Source: Candidatus Latescibacterota bacterium (lineage in GTDB: Bacteria > Latescibacterota > UBA2968 > GCA-2709665). Taken from it: 64,000 bases of DNA. The stretch lies in NCBI GenBank assembly GCA_965248435.1, contig OZ252100.1, positions 3,616,001 to 3,680,000 on the forward strand. Reading direction: 5' to 3'. A model generated the notes under the pieces. That model was not told where the DNA came from. It did no database searches and saw only the letters and a list, made by a program, of their open reading frames with translations. Made by a program: the position numbers and the translations under genes. Shown piece by piece: positions 9,740 through 20,000 of this stretch (position 1 is the first letter of the stretch; each line of letters opens with the position of its first letter).

Positions 9740-9828
9740 TCGAATGCGGATTGTGGATCGGGGATTGCGGATCGGAAATGCCATCCAATATCCCCGATTC
9801 CAGATCTTAACAGAAGGAGTGCTTTACG

Positions 9829-12294
9829 ATGAAATGCATTTCTTTTAAGTCACTGTCCGGTCTGTTCTTGGCTGGCGTGTTCCTCGCCGGTACGGTGGCC
9901 GCCGAGGCGCAGTTTACAGGCGTCACCGACGTCACCATGTGGGGTTCGAGGCGCGGCTTTTTCCGGGGGATACCCGGGGACAGCTTCGCCCCCAACGGCC
10001 AGTCCGGCTCCACCTGGGACACCAAGAAGGGCCGGGGCGCGGGCCAGTGGTCCTACCCGTTCAATTATGCGACCCTGTGCTGTTTCACGCCCAAATATGA
10101 TGACGCCGATCTGTGGGGAGCTATGGCAGAATACTCGGCGGGGCAGATGCAGGACAACGCGGCCGGAAAGGGCGTCATTGTCCTGCAGAACACGAACGGA
10201 GAGAAGTTCGTCTCCTGGACGGGTCCGAACGTTCCCAGTTCGGACACCCTGCCGCTGATTTACGACATCGAAAACAGTCGGTACAGCTACGATGCTGCAG
10301 TCAACGCCGCGCTCGGGCCCGCGGAGCAGTTCCAGTTCGGGTCCGGCAGTTCGATCGGCGCCCCGTATCTGGGCCGCGAAACGGTGACGCCCAGCTACGT
10401 CGGGGACTCCAATCTCGGTCCTGGGGGAGTCGGGGAGAACACGACCAACTGGTACCCAGGCGCACTGTCCAAGCTGGACGCTGGCGTCGCGGCGCACCAG
10501 ACGGACTGCTACGAGATCAACAACTACGACTGGTCAATCTACGCCCCGGTGCAGAACGAGGCTGAAAAGCTCTCGGTTTGCCAGTGGACGCACAAGAACG
10601 ACCTGGTCGTCACGCGGATCAACCGTGGCTGGAGCCACCAGGACCTCGACGACGGAATCCTCTGGGATATCGAGATCGAGAACCAGGGCAGCGCGACGAT
10701 GAACGGCGTCCACATCGGGTTCATGAACACCCTCTACACGAGCGTGTTCGGGTGCAAGTGGTGGAACGCCAACGTCGGGGCGATTATGCAGTACCGCGAC
10801 CCGGGGTGCTACGACGACTGGTTCAAGTTCACCGAGGCGCCGAACTACGTGGCCGCCGGTGGCGACGCGGACCTGGTCGGGAAGATCATCCACTACGTCT
10901 ACGACGGGGACGACAAGACGGTGTTGTTCCACGACGACACGGGAGACCCGAACGACAATTCGATTCGCTCCCCCTATATGTTTCGTGGCTTCAACATGGG
11001 GAACATCCCGGACGGCGTGCTCCAGTCGCCGGCCTTCGTGGGCACGGGGTGGCTCGCGTTCCAGAACACCGGTGCCAGCCATACCTTCAACGAGTACGAC
11101 AAGGCGCAGGGCTACAACGATCCGGTCGGATTCAGCGGGGCGCTAGGGAAGTACTGGCCGGTAATCAAGCGGGGCGTCGCCGATGAGCCGTTCGAGGCCA
11201 AGGGCTGGACGGCCGCGCAGCAGTATGACGGCTTGTTGGGGGCGACGAACGATGACCCGACCACGGACATCCAGGAGCAGTTCCAGAGCACATTGATCGG
11301 TCCCTACAACCTGGACCCGGGAGACAAGGCCAAGGTCGTGTTCTTCATGTTCGGCGCGCACGGAGGGATGTTCGAGTTCGGTCCGGAGGGCTCCGGTTAC
11401 TCCAAGGATGTCATGCGCTGGGCGTTCGATAACGCCGGCACGTTCGGGACTGATGTCGCCCTTCGAAAGCAGAAGTTTATCGGCGACGGTCACAAAGGGG
11501 TCGGGATGGTATATGACCACTTCGCGTTCGCCTACGCGAACGACTATCAGATCCCGAACACCCCACCCGACATCGAAAGGAGTTTCTCGTTCAGCCCGGA
11601 AGCGCAGAACGTGATCTCCTGGCCGTCGGCCGAAGACGTGAACCCCGACTACGGCGGCACGTCGGACATCACGGCATACCGGATCTATACCTCCGACTTT
11701 GACGATTCGGGGGGATGGCGCCCGGTTGGCGAGGTCCCGGCGACCGGCGCGAGCTCCTACACCTTCATCGATCCAGAGTCGGTGGCCGGGTTCGGCTATT
11801 TGTACACGGTGCGCGCCGTGGCCTCCGCCAAGACAACCTGGAGCGAGGGGAACGCGACACTCGCGGACCTGCCAGCCCGGATGGCCTCGCACGTGACCGG
11901 CGGCATGATGGGCGGATTTGCGGCGGTCGAGCAGACGCTCTGGCAGCCAAAATACCCGAAAGCAGCCCCGGCTACGGCGTTCGAGAACCTGGATGAAGTC
12001 CCGCGGGTGGTGCCCAACCCGTTCAGCCTGTCGCGGGACAAAACGGAATCGAACTACCAGAGCGGGCTGAATATCCGGTTTACCGGGGTCCCAGCCAAGT
12101 CCACGATCCGGATCTACTCGGTCTCGGGCGATCTGATGAGAGTGATCCAGCACGATGACCCGAACGCGGGCGAGGCGGTCTGGACTCAGAACGACAGGTT
12201 CTCCAGCGCCACGGTCGGGACGGGTGTCTACTATTTCGTCGTTGAAAACGCAAGCGGCAAGACTCAGAAGGGGACCTTCGTCGTCCTGAGATGA
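9829..12294 (+). CDS. Secreted protein with FN3-like region and C-terminal T9SS-CTD/FlgD-Ig-like sorting domain
   Basis: Signal peptide (AEA/QF); VISW..YRIY..YTFID..YLYTVRAV; C-terminal VVPNPF..IRFTGVP..IRIYSVSGDLMRVI..GVYYFVVE..GTFVVLR. Confidence 0.8.
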   Translation: MKCISFKSLSGLFLAGVFLAGTVAAEAQFTGVTDVTMWGSRRGFFRGIPGDSFAPNGQSGSTWDTKKGRGAGQWSYPFNYATLCCFTPKYDDADLWGAMAEYSAGQMQDNAAGKGVIVLQNTNGEKFVSWTGPNVPSSDTLPLIYDIENSRYSYDAAVNAALGPAEQFQFGSGSSIGAPYLGRETVTPSYVGDSNLGPGGVGENTTNWYPGALSKLDAGVAAHQTDCYEINNYDWSIYAPVQNEAEKLSVCQWTHKNDLVVTRINRGWSHQDLDDGILWDIEIENQGSATMNGVHIGFMNTLYTSVFGCKWWNANVGAIMQYRDPGCYDDWFKFTEAPNYVAAGGDADLVGKIIHYVYDGDDKTVLFHDDTGDPNDNSIRSPYMFRGFNMGNIPDGVLQSPAFVGTGWLAFQNTGASHTFNEYDKAQGYNDPVGFSGALGKYWPVIKRGVADEPFEAKGWTAAQQYDGLLGATNDDPTTDIQEQFQSTLIGPYNLDPGDKAKVVFFMFGAHGGMFEFGPEGSGYSKDVMRWAFDNAGTFGTDVALRKQKFIGDGHKGVGMVYDHFAFAYANDYQIPNTPPDIERSFSFSPEAQNVISWPSAEDVNPDYGGTSDITAYRIYTSDFDDSGGWRPVGEVPATGASSYTFIDPESVAGFGYLYTVRAVASAKTTWSEGNATLADLPARMASHVTGGMMGGFAAVEQTLWQPKYPKAAPATAFENLDEVPRVVPNPFSLSRDKTESNYQSGLNIRFTGVPAKSTIRIYSVSGDLMRVIQHDDPNAGEAVWTQNDRFSSATVGTGVYYFVVENASGKTQKGTFVVLR

Positions 12295-12337
12295 GCAGTA
12301 GCTGCTCGTTCCACGCCTTTCAAAAAGGATATCGACC

Positions 12338-13336
12338 ATGAAACGGATTGTATGTGGTATGTGGTGCGTCGCGCTGTTCGTCGTCTTCGCCGCATACCCT
12401 GTCTCCGCGCAGCAGCGCGGGCAAGTCGAAGCGGATATTCAAGAGTATGATGCCAGCGATACGGCCTTCAACAAGACCACGCCCTCCACGTTCTCGTTCC
12501 TCAAGGTGGAGCAAAGCGCCCGGGTCGCGGGCATGGGAGACGCCTACACGGCGGTCGCTGACGGGATCGAAGGGATTTACTTCAACCCGGCCTCGATCGC
12601 AAGCATCGACCGTGTCGGGTTTACCTTCGGCTACTCCAAGTGGATCGTGGATTCCGAGTTCTACTCGGGCGCCCTCGCGATCAACCTGGGCGCCGGCCTG
12701 GTCGGGGGGATCTCCTTCATCAGCTACAAGCTTGCGGATGTCGAGGAGACCACGACGCTGAAGCCGCTGGGCACCGGGCGGATGCTGGACCTGGGCGACC
12801 TGGCGGTCGGGTTTCATGTCGCAAGAAAGATGACCGACAAGCTGCAGGTAGGCGGTATGTTCCGCTATGTCCAATCCAAGCTCGACCACGCGGAACTCAA
12901 CGGCATCTCGGTGAGCTTTGGCACGCTCCTGCACACCGGGTTCCGGAGCCTGCGGATCGGGATGTCCATGAAGAACATGGGCAACCAGCAGACCGTGGTT
13001 TCCGAAAGGGCGGCGGTTCCGATCCTGTTCAACATCGGCAGCTCCATGGAAGTCGTCGGTGAGCTGGGCGACCCGCTCTCGGTGACGGCCTCTTTCGAGG
13101 GCGCCTACTTCACCGACACGAAGCAGCGTTACAACGTGGGCGCGGAGCTCTGGCTGAACAGCATGATCGCGGTCCGTGCCGGCAAGAAGTTCGAGTACGA
13201 TTCGGAAGACTGGTCTGTCGGCGGCGGTTTGAAGGGTAACTTCGACGGACGCAATGTCGCGCTGGACGTGGCCTATTCCGAAATGGGGTCGGATTTCGAC
13301 AAGCCGATCCGGGTGACGTTCTCCGGTTCGTTCTAG
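12338..13336 (+). CDS. PorV/PorQ-like (FadL-fold) outer-membrane beta-barrel
   Basis: Signal peptide; FLKV..SARVAGMGDAYTAVADG...IYFNPAS; alternating beta pattern; terminal Phe. Confidence 0.85.
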   Translation: MKRIVCGMWCVALFVVFAAYPVSAQQRGQVEADIQEYDASDTAFNKTTPSTFSFLKVEQSARVAGMGDAYTAVADGIEGIYFNPASIASIDRVGFTFGYSKWIVDSEFYSGALAINLGAGLVGGISFISYKLADVEETTTLKPLGTGRMLDLGDLAVGFHVARKMTDKLQVGGMFRYVQSKLDHAELNGISVSFGTLLHTGFRSLRIGMSMKNMGNQQTVVSERAAVPILFNIGSSMEVVGELGDPLSVTASFEGAYFTDTKQRYNVGAELWLNSMIAVRAGKKFEYDSEDWSVGGGLKGNFDGRNVALDVAYSEMGSDFDKPIRVTFSGSF

Positions 13337-13362
13337 TCCAGCCCACCGCTGTAAGATGTTGG

Positions 13363-13402
13363 CAACCGCCCGGAACCTTAGGTTTCGGGCGGTTATTTTT
13401 TT
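13363..13402 (+). terminator. Rho-independent terminator of the TBDR-CTD-PorV operon
   Basis: AACCGCCCGGAACC-TTA-GGTTTCGGGCGGTT hairpin followed by ATTTTTTT. Confidence 0.85.
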
Positions 13403-13414
13403 ATCTTGGAGAAC

Positions 13415-13590
13415 AAATCCCCCCTGCCCCCTCCCTCGGCAAGCTCGGGACATGCTTTTCCAAAGGGGGAGGATTAACCTTGCTGAAAGAGTACCCATTC
13501 AGGAATAGAATCTTCCCCCTTTAACAAAGGCCTGTCCCGAAACGAGCCTGCGAGTCGAGGGAGGGACTGAGGGGGATTTCAAAATGCATC
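13415..13590. mobile_element. MITE-like element (AAATCCCCC...GGGGGATTT ends) with two nested short inserts
   Basis: Terminal inverted repeats; the interior (GAGTACC..AGGA..TCTTCCCCCTTT) is homologous to 25278-25371 + 26678-26709. Confidence 0.65.
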
Positions 13591-13625
13591 GCTTTTAGAA
13601 CTGTTCACCCTGGAAAGTCCCCAGA

Positions 13626-15689
13626 TTGGCAACACCCGTACAGAAAACCGCCCCCAGTCAGACACCTGAACCCGACACGGAGCCGACCGCGCGCCGGGGG
13701 TTGACGGCGCGATCCGTCATGCTCGGTCTGGTTGGGGTCGTCGCGATGAACGTGATCGCCGTCTACGTGCCCTACGACTACCAGGGCTCGTTGATGACCT
13801 ACACGCACGTCCCGATGGCGATGCTCATCGTGTTCGTGCTGATGGTCATCTGCGGCGCGGCCTTCTCGCGCTGGACGGGAATCGTGCTTTCCACGACGGA
13901 GTGGCACACGATCCTGGCCATGGGCATCGTCGCGGCCGCGGTCCCCGGCTACGGGCTGACGACCTACCTGCTCGCCCTGATGGCCGCGCCCCACTACTAT
14001 CCTGCAGTCTACCGCTCGTCGACGGCGCCGTGGGAAACCTTCCTGTATCCCTACACCAAAGATTGGCTGTTCCCCAGCAATGAAGGGAACGCGGTCTCGT
14101 GGTTCCACGAGGGCCTGCCTCCCGGCGCGGAAATCCCGTGGGATGTCTGGGTGGTCCCGCTCTTCTCGTGGGGCACGATGATCGCGGCCTTCTTCCTGAC
14201 CCTGGCCTGCGTGGCGGCCATCCTTCGGAAGCAGTGGCTGAGGAACGAGCGCCTCGTGTTCCCCGCCACGGTGCCGCTTGTGGATATGGCCGCGCACCCC
14301 GGGTCCGGGAGGCGCGCCCTTCCGGAATTCACGAAGCACTTCCTCTTCCGGGTTGGATTCTGCATCTCCTTCGGGATGATCGCCTGGAACTGTATCAGCT
14401 ACTTCATCCTCAACTTCCCACGGTTTCCGATCGGCGAGGGGGATTTCAAGCAGTTCAGCGAGGAGTTCCCCAATGTGATGGTGTCGCTCGACCTCTACAC
14501 GCTCTTCTTCTCCTATTTCGCCAGCCTGGACGTCCTGTTCAGCCTCTGGTTCTTCGACCTGGTGTATATCCTGGAAGCCGGGGGTCTTCACGCGTTGGGG
14601 GTCGACACGAGGCCGGTGAGCGGGGCTGCCCGGGGCGTCATCATTTCACAGACGATGGGGGCCTATGCCGTGTTCGCGCTTTCGGTTTTCTGGGTCGCGC
14701 GCGGTCACATCAGAGACGTTTTCCGAAAGGCGCTGAACCGCGATGCGCCTGTGGACGACCAGGACCAGCTTCTTTCCTACCGAACGGTGGTGATCGGTCT
14801 GATCGTCGGCCTGGTCTTCATGTTCCTGTGGCTGACGCGTATCGGCTACGAGGCAGTTTTCGCCGCCCTGGTCCTGCCGATCGTCATCCTGGTTTACGTG
14901 GGCATGGCCAGGATGGTCGCCGACTCAGGCATGCCCTTTCTGAGCATCCCCCGCGGCGTTTCGGGGTTCGGATACGTAGGGAGGATTGTCGGCCGGGATG
15001 CGACGAGTGCGAGCACACTCGTGGCGCACCACTGCGAAGACATCCTGTTCCACCATTTCAGGGGGCTCTTTCTGCCGGCCCTTGCACACGCGGGTCGGAT
15101 CGCGGAGGGGGTGCGGGGAAATCGCCGACATCTGATGGCCGCGGTTGTCCTCGCCTTTTTCGTCAGCCTGTTTCTCTCTGTCACGTTGACACTCGATCTG
15201 GCCTACCGCAAGGGGGCCCACGCCTTCAACAGCTGGATGATCGGAGACTGGGCGTCTCGGCACCTCAGAAACGCGGCGCAGAGCGTCAGCTACAAGTTCA
15301 AGAATCCGTCTCCACCCATCCATATTCGAAGCCCCGACCATCTCGCCTTTCTCACGATCGGTGGGGCGGCCATGGCCGGGTTGACCTATCTACGGCACAC
15401 CTTCTTCTGGTGGCCGCTCCATCCGCTGGGGCTCGCGCTTGTGGGGGCCGAGCTGGTCCGCCGGACGAGCACGACCCTTTTCCTGGCCTGGCTGATCAAA
15501 CTGCTCATGCTGCGCGTGGGCGGACAGGCGGTCTATCAGAAGTCGTTTCCGCTCTTCCTCGGACTGCTCGTCGGCTATGTCCTAGGTGTGGCGTTCTCCG
15601 GGTTGATCGATGCCATCTGGTTCCCCTATCAAGCGCATCCCGTTCACACGTTGGGATGGTACGACGGCCCGGCTGTGTTTCACTACTAA
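13626..15689 (+). CDS. DUF6785/DUF6784-family polytopic membrane protein (OPT-like)
   Basis: GLTARSVMLG, ILRKQWLRNERLVFP, MARMVADSG, WWPLHPLG and PLFLGLLVG motifs; TTG start is uncertain. Confidence 0.85.
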   Translation: MATPVQKTAPSQTPEPDTEPTARRGLTARSVMLGLVGVVAMNVIAVYVPYDYQGSLMTYTHVPMAMLIVFVLMVICGAAFSRWTGIVLSTTEWHTILAMGIVAAAVPGYGLTTYLLALMAAPHYYPAVYRSSTAPWETFLYPYTKDWLFPSNEGNAVSWFHEGLPPGAEIPWDVWVVPLFSWGTMIAAFFLTLACVAAILRKQWLRNERLVFPATVPLVDMAAHPGSGRRALPEFTKHFLFRVGFCISFGMIAWNCISYFILNFPRFPIGEGDFKQFSEEFPNVMVSLDLYTLFFSYFASLDVLFSLWFFDLVYILEAGGLHALGVDTRPVSGAARGVIISQTMGAYAVFALSVFWVARGHIRDVFRKALNRDAPVDDQDQLLSYRTVVIGLIVGLVFMFLWLTRIGYEAVFAALVLPIVILVYVGMARMVADSGMPFLSIPRGVSGFGYVGRIVGRDATSASTLVAHHCEDILFHHFRGLFLPALAHAGRIAEGVRGNRRHLMAAVVLAFFVSLFLSVTLTLDLAYRKGAHAFNSWMIGDWASRHLRNAAQSVSYKFKNPSPPIHIRSPDHLAFLTIGGAAMAGLTYLRHTFFWWPLHPLGLALVGAELVRRTSTTLFLAWLIKLLMLRVGGQAVYQKSFPLFLGLLVGYVLGVAFSGLIDAIWFPYQAHPVHTLGWYDGPAVFHY

Positions 15690-15796
15690 AGGATCGGGTA
15701 CCGGGAATGCAAAACACGGGTACCGTAGCATGTTGTATCGCACCGTGGCAGACGATTGATATGTATCTCGACAGAAGACGGAGCAATAATCAATAT

Positions 15797-16851
15797 GCTG
15801 GATTCAATGACTAAGTGCAACACTTGGACTTGAAGACTTCAGCTGGTGTTTTGAAGTTAAGACATTTTCTTGGTCGGTTGTTGATCCGGTTCTGAATTTT
15901 CTTTAACTCGTGTTTGCTGACCTTTGAGAAGTCTGTCTTCTTGGGGAGGTATCTGCGGACCAGACCGATAGCGTTTTCCACAGCGCCTCGCTCCCAGCTG
16001 TGGAACGGTTTGCAGAAATAGGATTTGGTGCCAAGCACCTCGTTGACCCGTTGATGTTGGCCGTTTTCGGATCCGTTGTCATATGTGATGCTCTTCCTCA
16101 TGTGGGGAGGATGTCGCCCAAGGCGTCGATTAATCGCTTCGGCGACCTCCGAGGGTCCGTTCTTTGCCAGCTTAGCCAGGTGTAGGTATCTCGACGATCG
16201 CTCAAGACAAGCGCCAACGGCCTGTTTGCTCTCACGAGAGATGATGGTGTCGGATTCCCAGTGGCCAGGTTGTTTCCGTTTTTCGATGTAACGGGGACGT
16301 CGATCGATCGAAATACGGCCTGGAATGTGGCTTTCCCGGTGTTTTCGGGTATGCCACCGCGGCTTTCGTTTTTTGTGAGCTCGGGATAAGCAAGCAACCA
16401 GATCCCGCTGCTTGTGCACCTTTGGATCGTAGATATACTGGTAGATGGCTTCGTGGCTGATACCCGCGCTCGGACGCTCCTCGGGAAGCCTCCCAGCGAT
16501 CAACTCGGGAGACCATCCTTGCTTGAGTTTGGTCTCGACATATCGCCGGATAACCGGATTCTTCAGCCGTTTCCGCTTGCCGGCCTCCCGCTTACGTTTC
16601 TCAGCCCTTCTGTGAGCCTGGAGGCCCGAGTAACTCTCAGCTATCGGGGACGGATTACGTTTCAACTCTCTTGAAATCGTGCTGGCGCTCCGGTCAAGGG
16701 CCTTGGCAATATCTCTAAGGCTTGCACCAGTGGCTCGACAAAGCGCAATCTGCTCGCGTTCGTCTATCGTAAGATGCTTGTAATTGTTTCCCATACACTT
16801 AGGATAGGACAGTTGCTACCCTAAGTGTTGCACTTCCTTATTGAACTCAGG
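15797..16851 (-). mobile_element. IS30-family insertion sequence
   Basis: Imperfect 28-29 bp terminal IRs (CTGGATTCAATGACTAAGTGCAACACTT at 15798-15825; AAGTGTTGCACTTCCTTATTGAACTCAG at 16823-16850), flanked by a TAT 3-bp direct repeat. Confidence 0.9.
15811..16794 (-). CDS. IS30-family transposase
   Basis: YKHLTIDER, HTH STISRELKRN, WSPELIAG, GHWESDT, ITYDNGSE, WERGAVEN and NNRPRKCL motifs. Confidence 0.95.
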   Translation of the reverse strand: MGNNYKHLTIDEREQIALCRATGASLRDIAKALDRSASTISRELKRNPSPIAESYSGLQAHRRAEKRKREAGKRKRLKNPVIRRYVETKLKQGWSPELIAGRLPEERPSAGISHEAIYQYIYDPKVHKQRDLVACLSRAHKKRKPRWHTRKHRESHIPGRISIDRRPRYIEKRKQPGHWESDTIISRESKQAVGACLERSSRYLHLAKLAKNGPSEVAEAINRRLGRHPPHMRKSITYDNGSENGQHQRVNEVLGTKSYFCKPFHSWERGAVENAIGLVRRYLPKKTDFSKVSKHELKKIQNRINNRPRKCLNFKTPAEVFKSKCCT

Positions 16852-16972
16852 TATCCAACACGCAATATCCAATAATCAAGGGCGATAATGAAGCGTGGGT
16901 CAATTTTGGATTTCGGATTTGGGATTGCGGATTGAAGAGGCTGGATCACGAAAGGACACGAAGAAACACGAA
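16852..16972. repeat. Short tandem arrays (CAATATC-type, GGATTTC-type, CACGAA-type)
   Basis: CAACACGCAATATCCAATAATCAA; TTTTGGATTTCGGATTTGGGATTGCGGATT; CACGAAAGGACACGAAGAAACACGAA. Confidence 0.75.
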
Positions 16973-17063
16973 GTTTCAACCACCCAATGATCTCCTGAAG
17001 AGCTTGGCTACAGTCCACGAATGACGATCGGCAGTTGTACTTGGAGGGGACTTAGGGTAACCG

Positions 17064-20000
17064 ATGGCTGATTTTCTGCAGTTGCTTCGCCGTATCGCTT
17101 TGATCCTCCTGATCGGGCTCGGCGCTGTCGCCTTCCTCTTTTTCGGGATCGGACCTGAACGCACCTCCCCGTGGCTGACCGACCTCCTCGGTCTGGAGCC
17201 GCCCCCACCCCTTCCACCTGCGCCCGTTCACGAGGCCGGGGACGTTTCGGGACGCGTGATCGATGCCGTGTCCGAGGCCGATGTTCGTCGTCTGATGGCC
17301 CGCTTCACGAGCCATGGGTCCCGCGTTCCGGGCTACTCCGGTCACGACGACGCGGCGCGGTTCATCCTGCAGGAGTTCGAACGCCTCGGCCTCGAAGGGG
17401 TGAAGACCGAAGCATTCGACGTGACCTCCCCCGTGGACAAGGGGGGGCGCCTTACCCTCACCAAGAGCGGTGCCTCCTTTTCCCTGCACTCAATCTGGCC
17501 CAACCTGGTGAAGACCTCCACGCTCCCCCCGGGAGGTGTGCGGGCTCGCTTGATTTACGGAGGTGACGGCACGTGGGAGACCTTTAACGGGCACGATATG
17601 GACGGTGCTGCTGTTCTGATGGAGTTCAACTCCTGGAACCGATGGCTCAACGCCGCTTCGCTGGGCGCAGGACAGATCATCTTTATCGAGCCAGACTCCA
17701 CGACGCGCGCGGAGGGCGAACAGAAGTACCTGATCTCGCCCAACGGGACCGAACGGTTCTGGATCGACAAATCCTCAGGACGTGAACTGCGGCGATTGCT
17801 GGAGAAAGAGGGGGAGGTGGAGGTGGAGCTTCACGCGCGCATGGACTGGGAGAAGACGGTTGCCCACAACATTCTGGGGACCGTTCCCGGGACCGATCCG
17901 GAGCTCAAGGACCAGATCATCGTGATCAACGCCTACTACGATGCGATGTCGGTCGTGCCGGCCCTGGCGCCGGGCGCAGAAATGGCCTGTGGAATCGTGG
18001 CGCTGCTCGAGCTCGCGGACTATCTCCAGCGACACCCGCCCGCGCGGACCGTGCTGCTTCTGGCCAGCTCGGCCCACCACTTCAGTTCACGCGGGATCTC
18101 CGATTTTCTGAGTCGTCACGCCCGCAAGCAGGAGGACTTCGCCGCGTTGATGACCGACCCGATCGACATCCGCCTGTTTATCGCGCTGGATCTCTCCAGC
18201 CGGACTGCCGAGATCGGCCTCTGGAACAGCGCGCCGAGTCACTACTATAAACAGTTCTTCACGCCGATCGGAAAGTCGCTCGTTCGATTCACCAGGGCGA
18301 TCGCTGAGGACTTCGGCCTCGATCCCCAGCGCGCGCTGATCGACGGCGTCAATCCACCCCCCGGGATGACGTGGAAAATCTTCAACCCCGGGAAACTCGT
18401 GAAGACTGAAGGCCTGATCGTGATGGCGGCCGGCACGCCGGCCCTTTCGCTTGTCACGTTGAACGATGCCCGCCTCGGCGTCGACACCCCCCTGGACAGA
18501 CCGGAGATCGTGGACTACGCGAACCTGACCGGACAGATCCGCCTGCTGACCGGCGTGATCGACCTGGCGCTCAACGACCCGGGTTTAATCACGGACTACG
18601 AACTGCGCCCGGAGGACCGCGTTCAGTGGCTGAAGGGGTATGCGAAGACCTTCCCTAGGCGCAGCATCGTCCCGGACCGCCCCAAGCCTGGAGCGATTGC
18701 GGCGGTGCGCCTTGGCAGGAGCGAGAATTATTCGTCGTCCAAATCGGCCAAAGGAGTTAGAGAGACCCGCTATGACATAGCCGACGAGAGGGGGGCGTTT
18801 ATCATCCCCGGCATTATCGAAAAGAAAGCGACCGCCTCAGTCTATGTTTTGGACTCCGATACGGGGGAGATCACTCACGCGCCCAACCGCGGCGTGCAGG
18901 CCGACATCTACAAGCCAGAGGTCGATATGGACTGGTGGATGACGGAGCAAATCAGTGTCCTGTTCCCCTGCGTCGCCACCGATTTTTACGACATCGTGGA
19001 TCCCCGCTATCTGAACAAGTTGTCGGAGGTCAGTGTATACGGGGAGGACAACGCGGCCCCACAGGAGTACGGTTACGATATCGGTTTGGGCGCGACCGGG
19101 GAACTGCGCCACCCTGAGTCGATGGCGGTCGGGACCCTCTTCACGCGTCCCGGGGAGAAGGTAAAGATCACGATGCGCTCCTGGGCGATCGGTCTTCGCC
19201 TCGTGCTGCTTAACGCGATGGGCGTGGAGACGGAGGAAGCCGCCCGCGGCGGAGGGTTTGTCACCCACGCTTCGGGCACCGTCCCTCGCACCGCCTACCA
19301 GGCGGCGAAGGATATGTGGATGCTGAACGAAAGCCGGATACGTGAACTGAAACGATTCGCGATCGAGAATCACAGACTGAACGTCCTCCACGCCCAGTCG
19401 GCAGACCACCTCGAGCAGGCCGAGTCTGCACTGGCACAAAAGCGCTGGGACCTGTTCATGAAGCACAGCCGGGCCGCCCTGGGTTTCGAGTCGCGGGCCT
19501 ATCCTGACGTGAAGGCCACCCAGAACGGTGTGATCCGGGGGATTATTTTCTTCATGGCCCTGGTGATCCCGTGCGCCTTCTTTGCCGAACGGCTCATCAT
19601 TACGGCCTCCGACATTCGGTGGCAGCTCACTGCCTTCGCCGGCATCTTCGGCGTGATCTGGGTCTTTCTCTACTTCGTACACCCGGCGTTCGAGCTCTCC
19701 AATCCGTTCGTCGTCCTGCTCGCCTTCATCATCCTTGCGCTTGCCGCCTTCGTCATTTCGCTGATCTTTTCCCGGTTCAACGAGAACATGAGGCGGCTGC
19801 GAACTTCAGACGTCCTGCTGCACGAAACCGACGTCGGCCGGGTGAGCGCCTCCCTGGCCGCCTTTCAGCTGGGCATCGCCAACATGAAGCGCCGTCGACT
19901 GCGAACCTGGCTGACTTTCCTCACGCTCCTGCTGCTCACCTTTACCGTCCTTTCGTTCACCTCGATCAAATCGTCGCTGCAGTTCCACAAGCTCCAGCGG

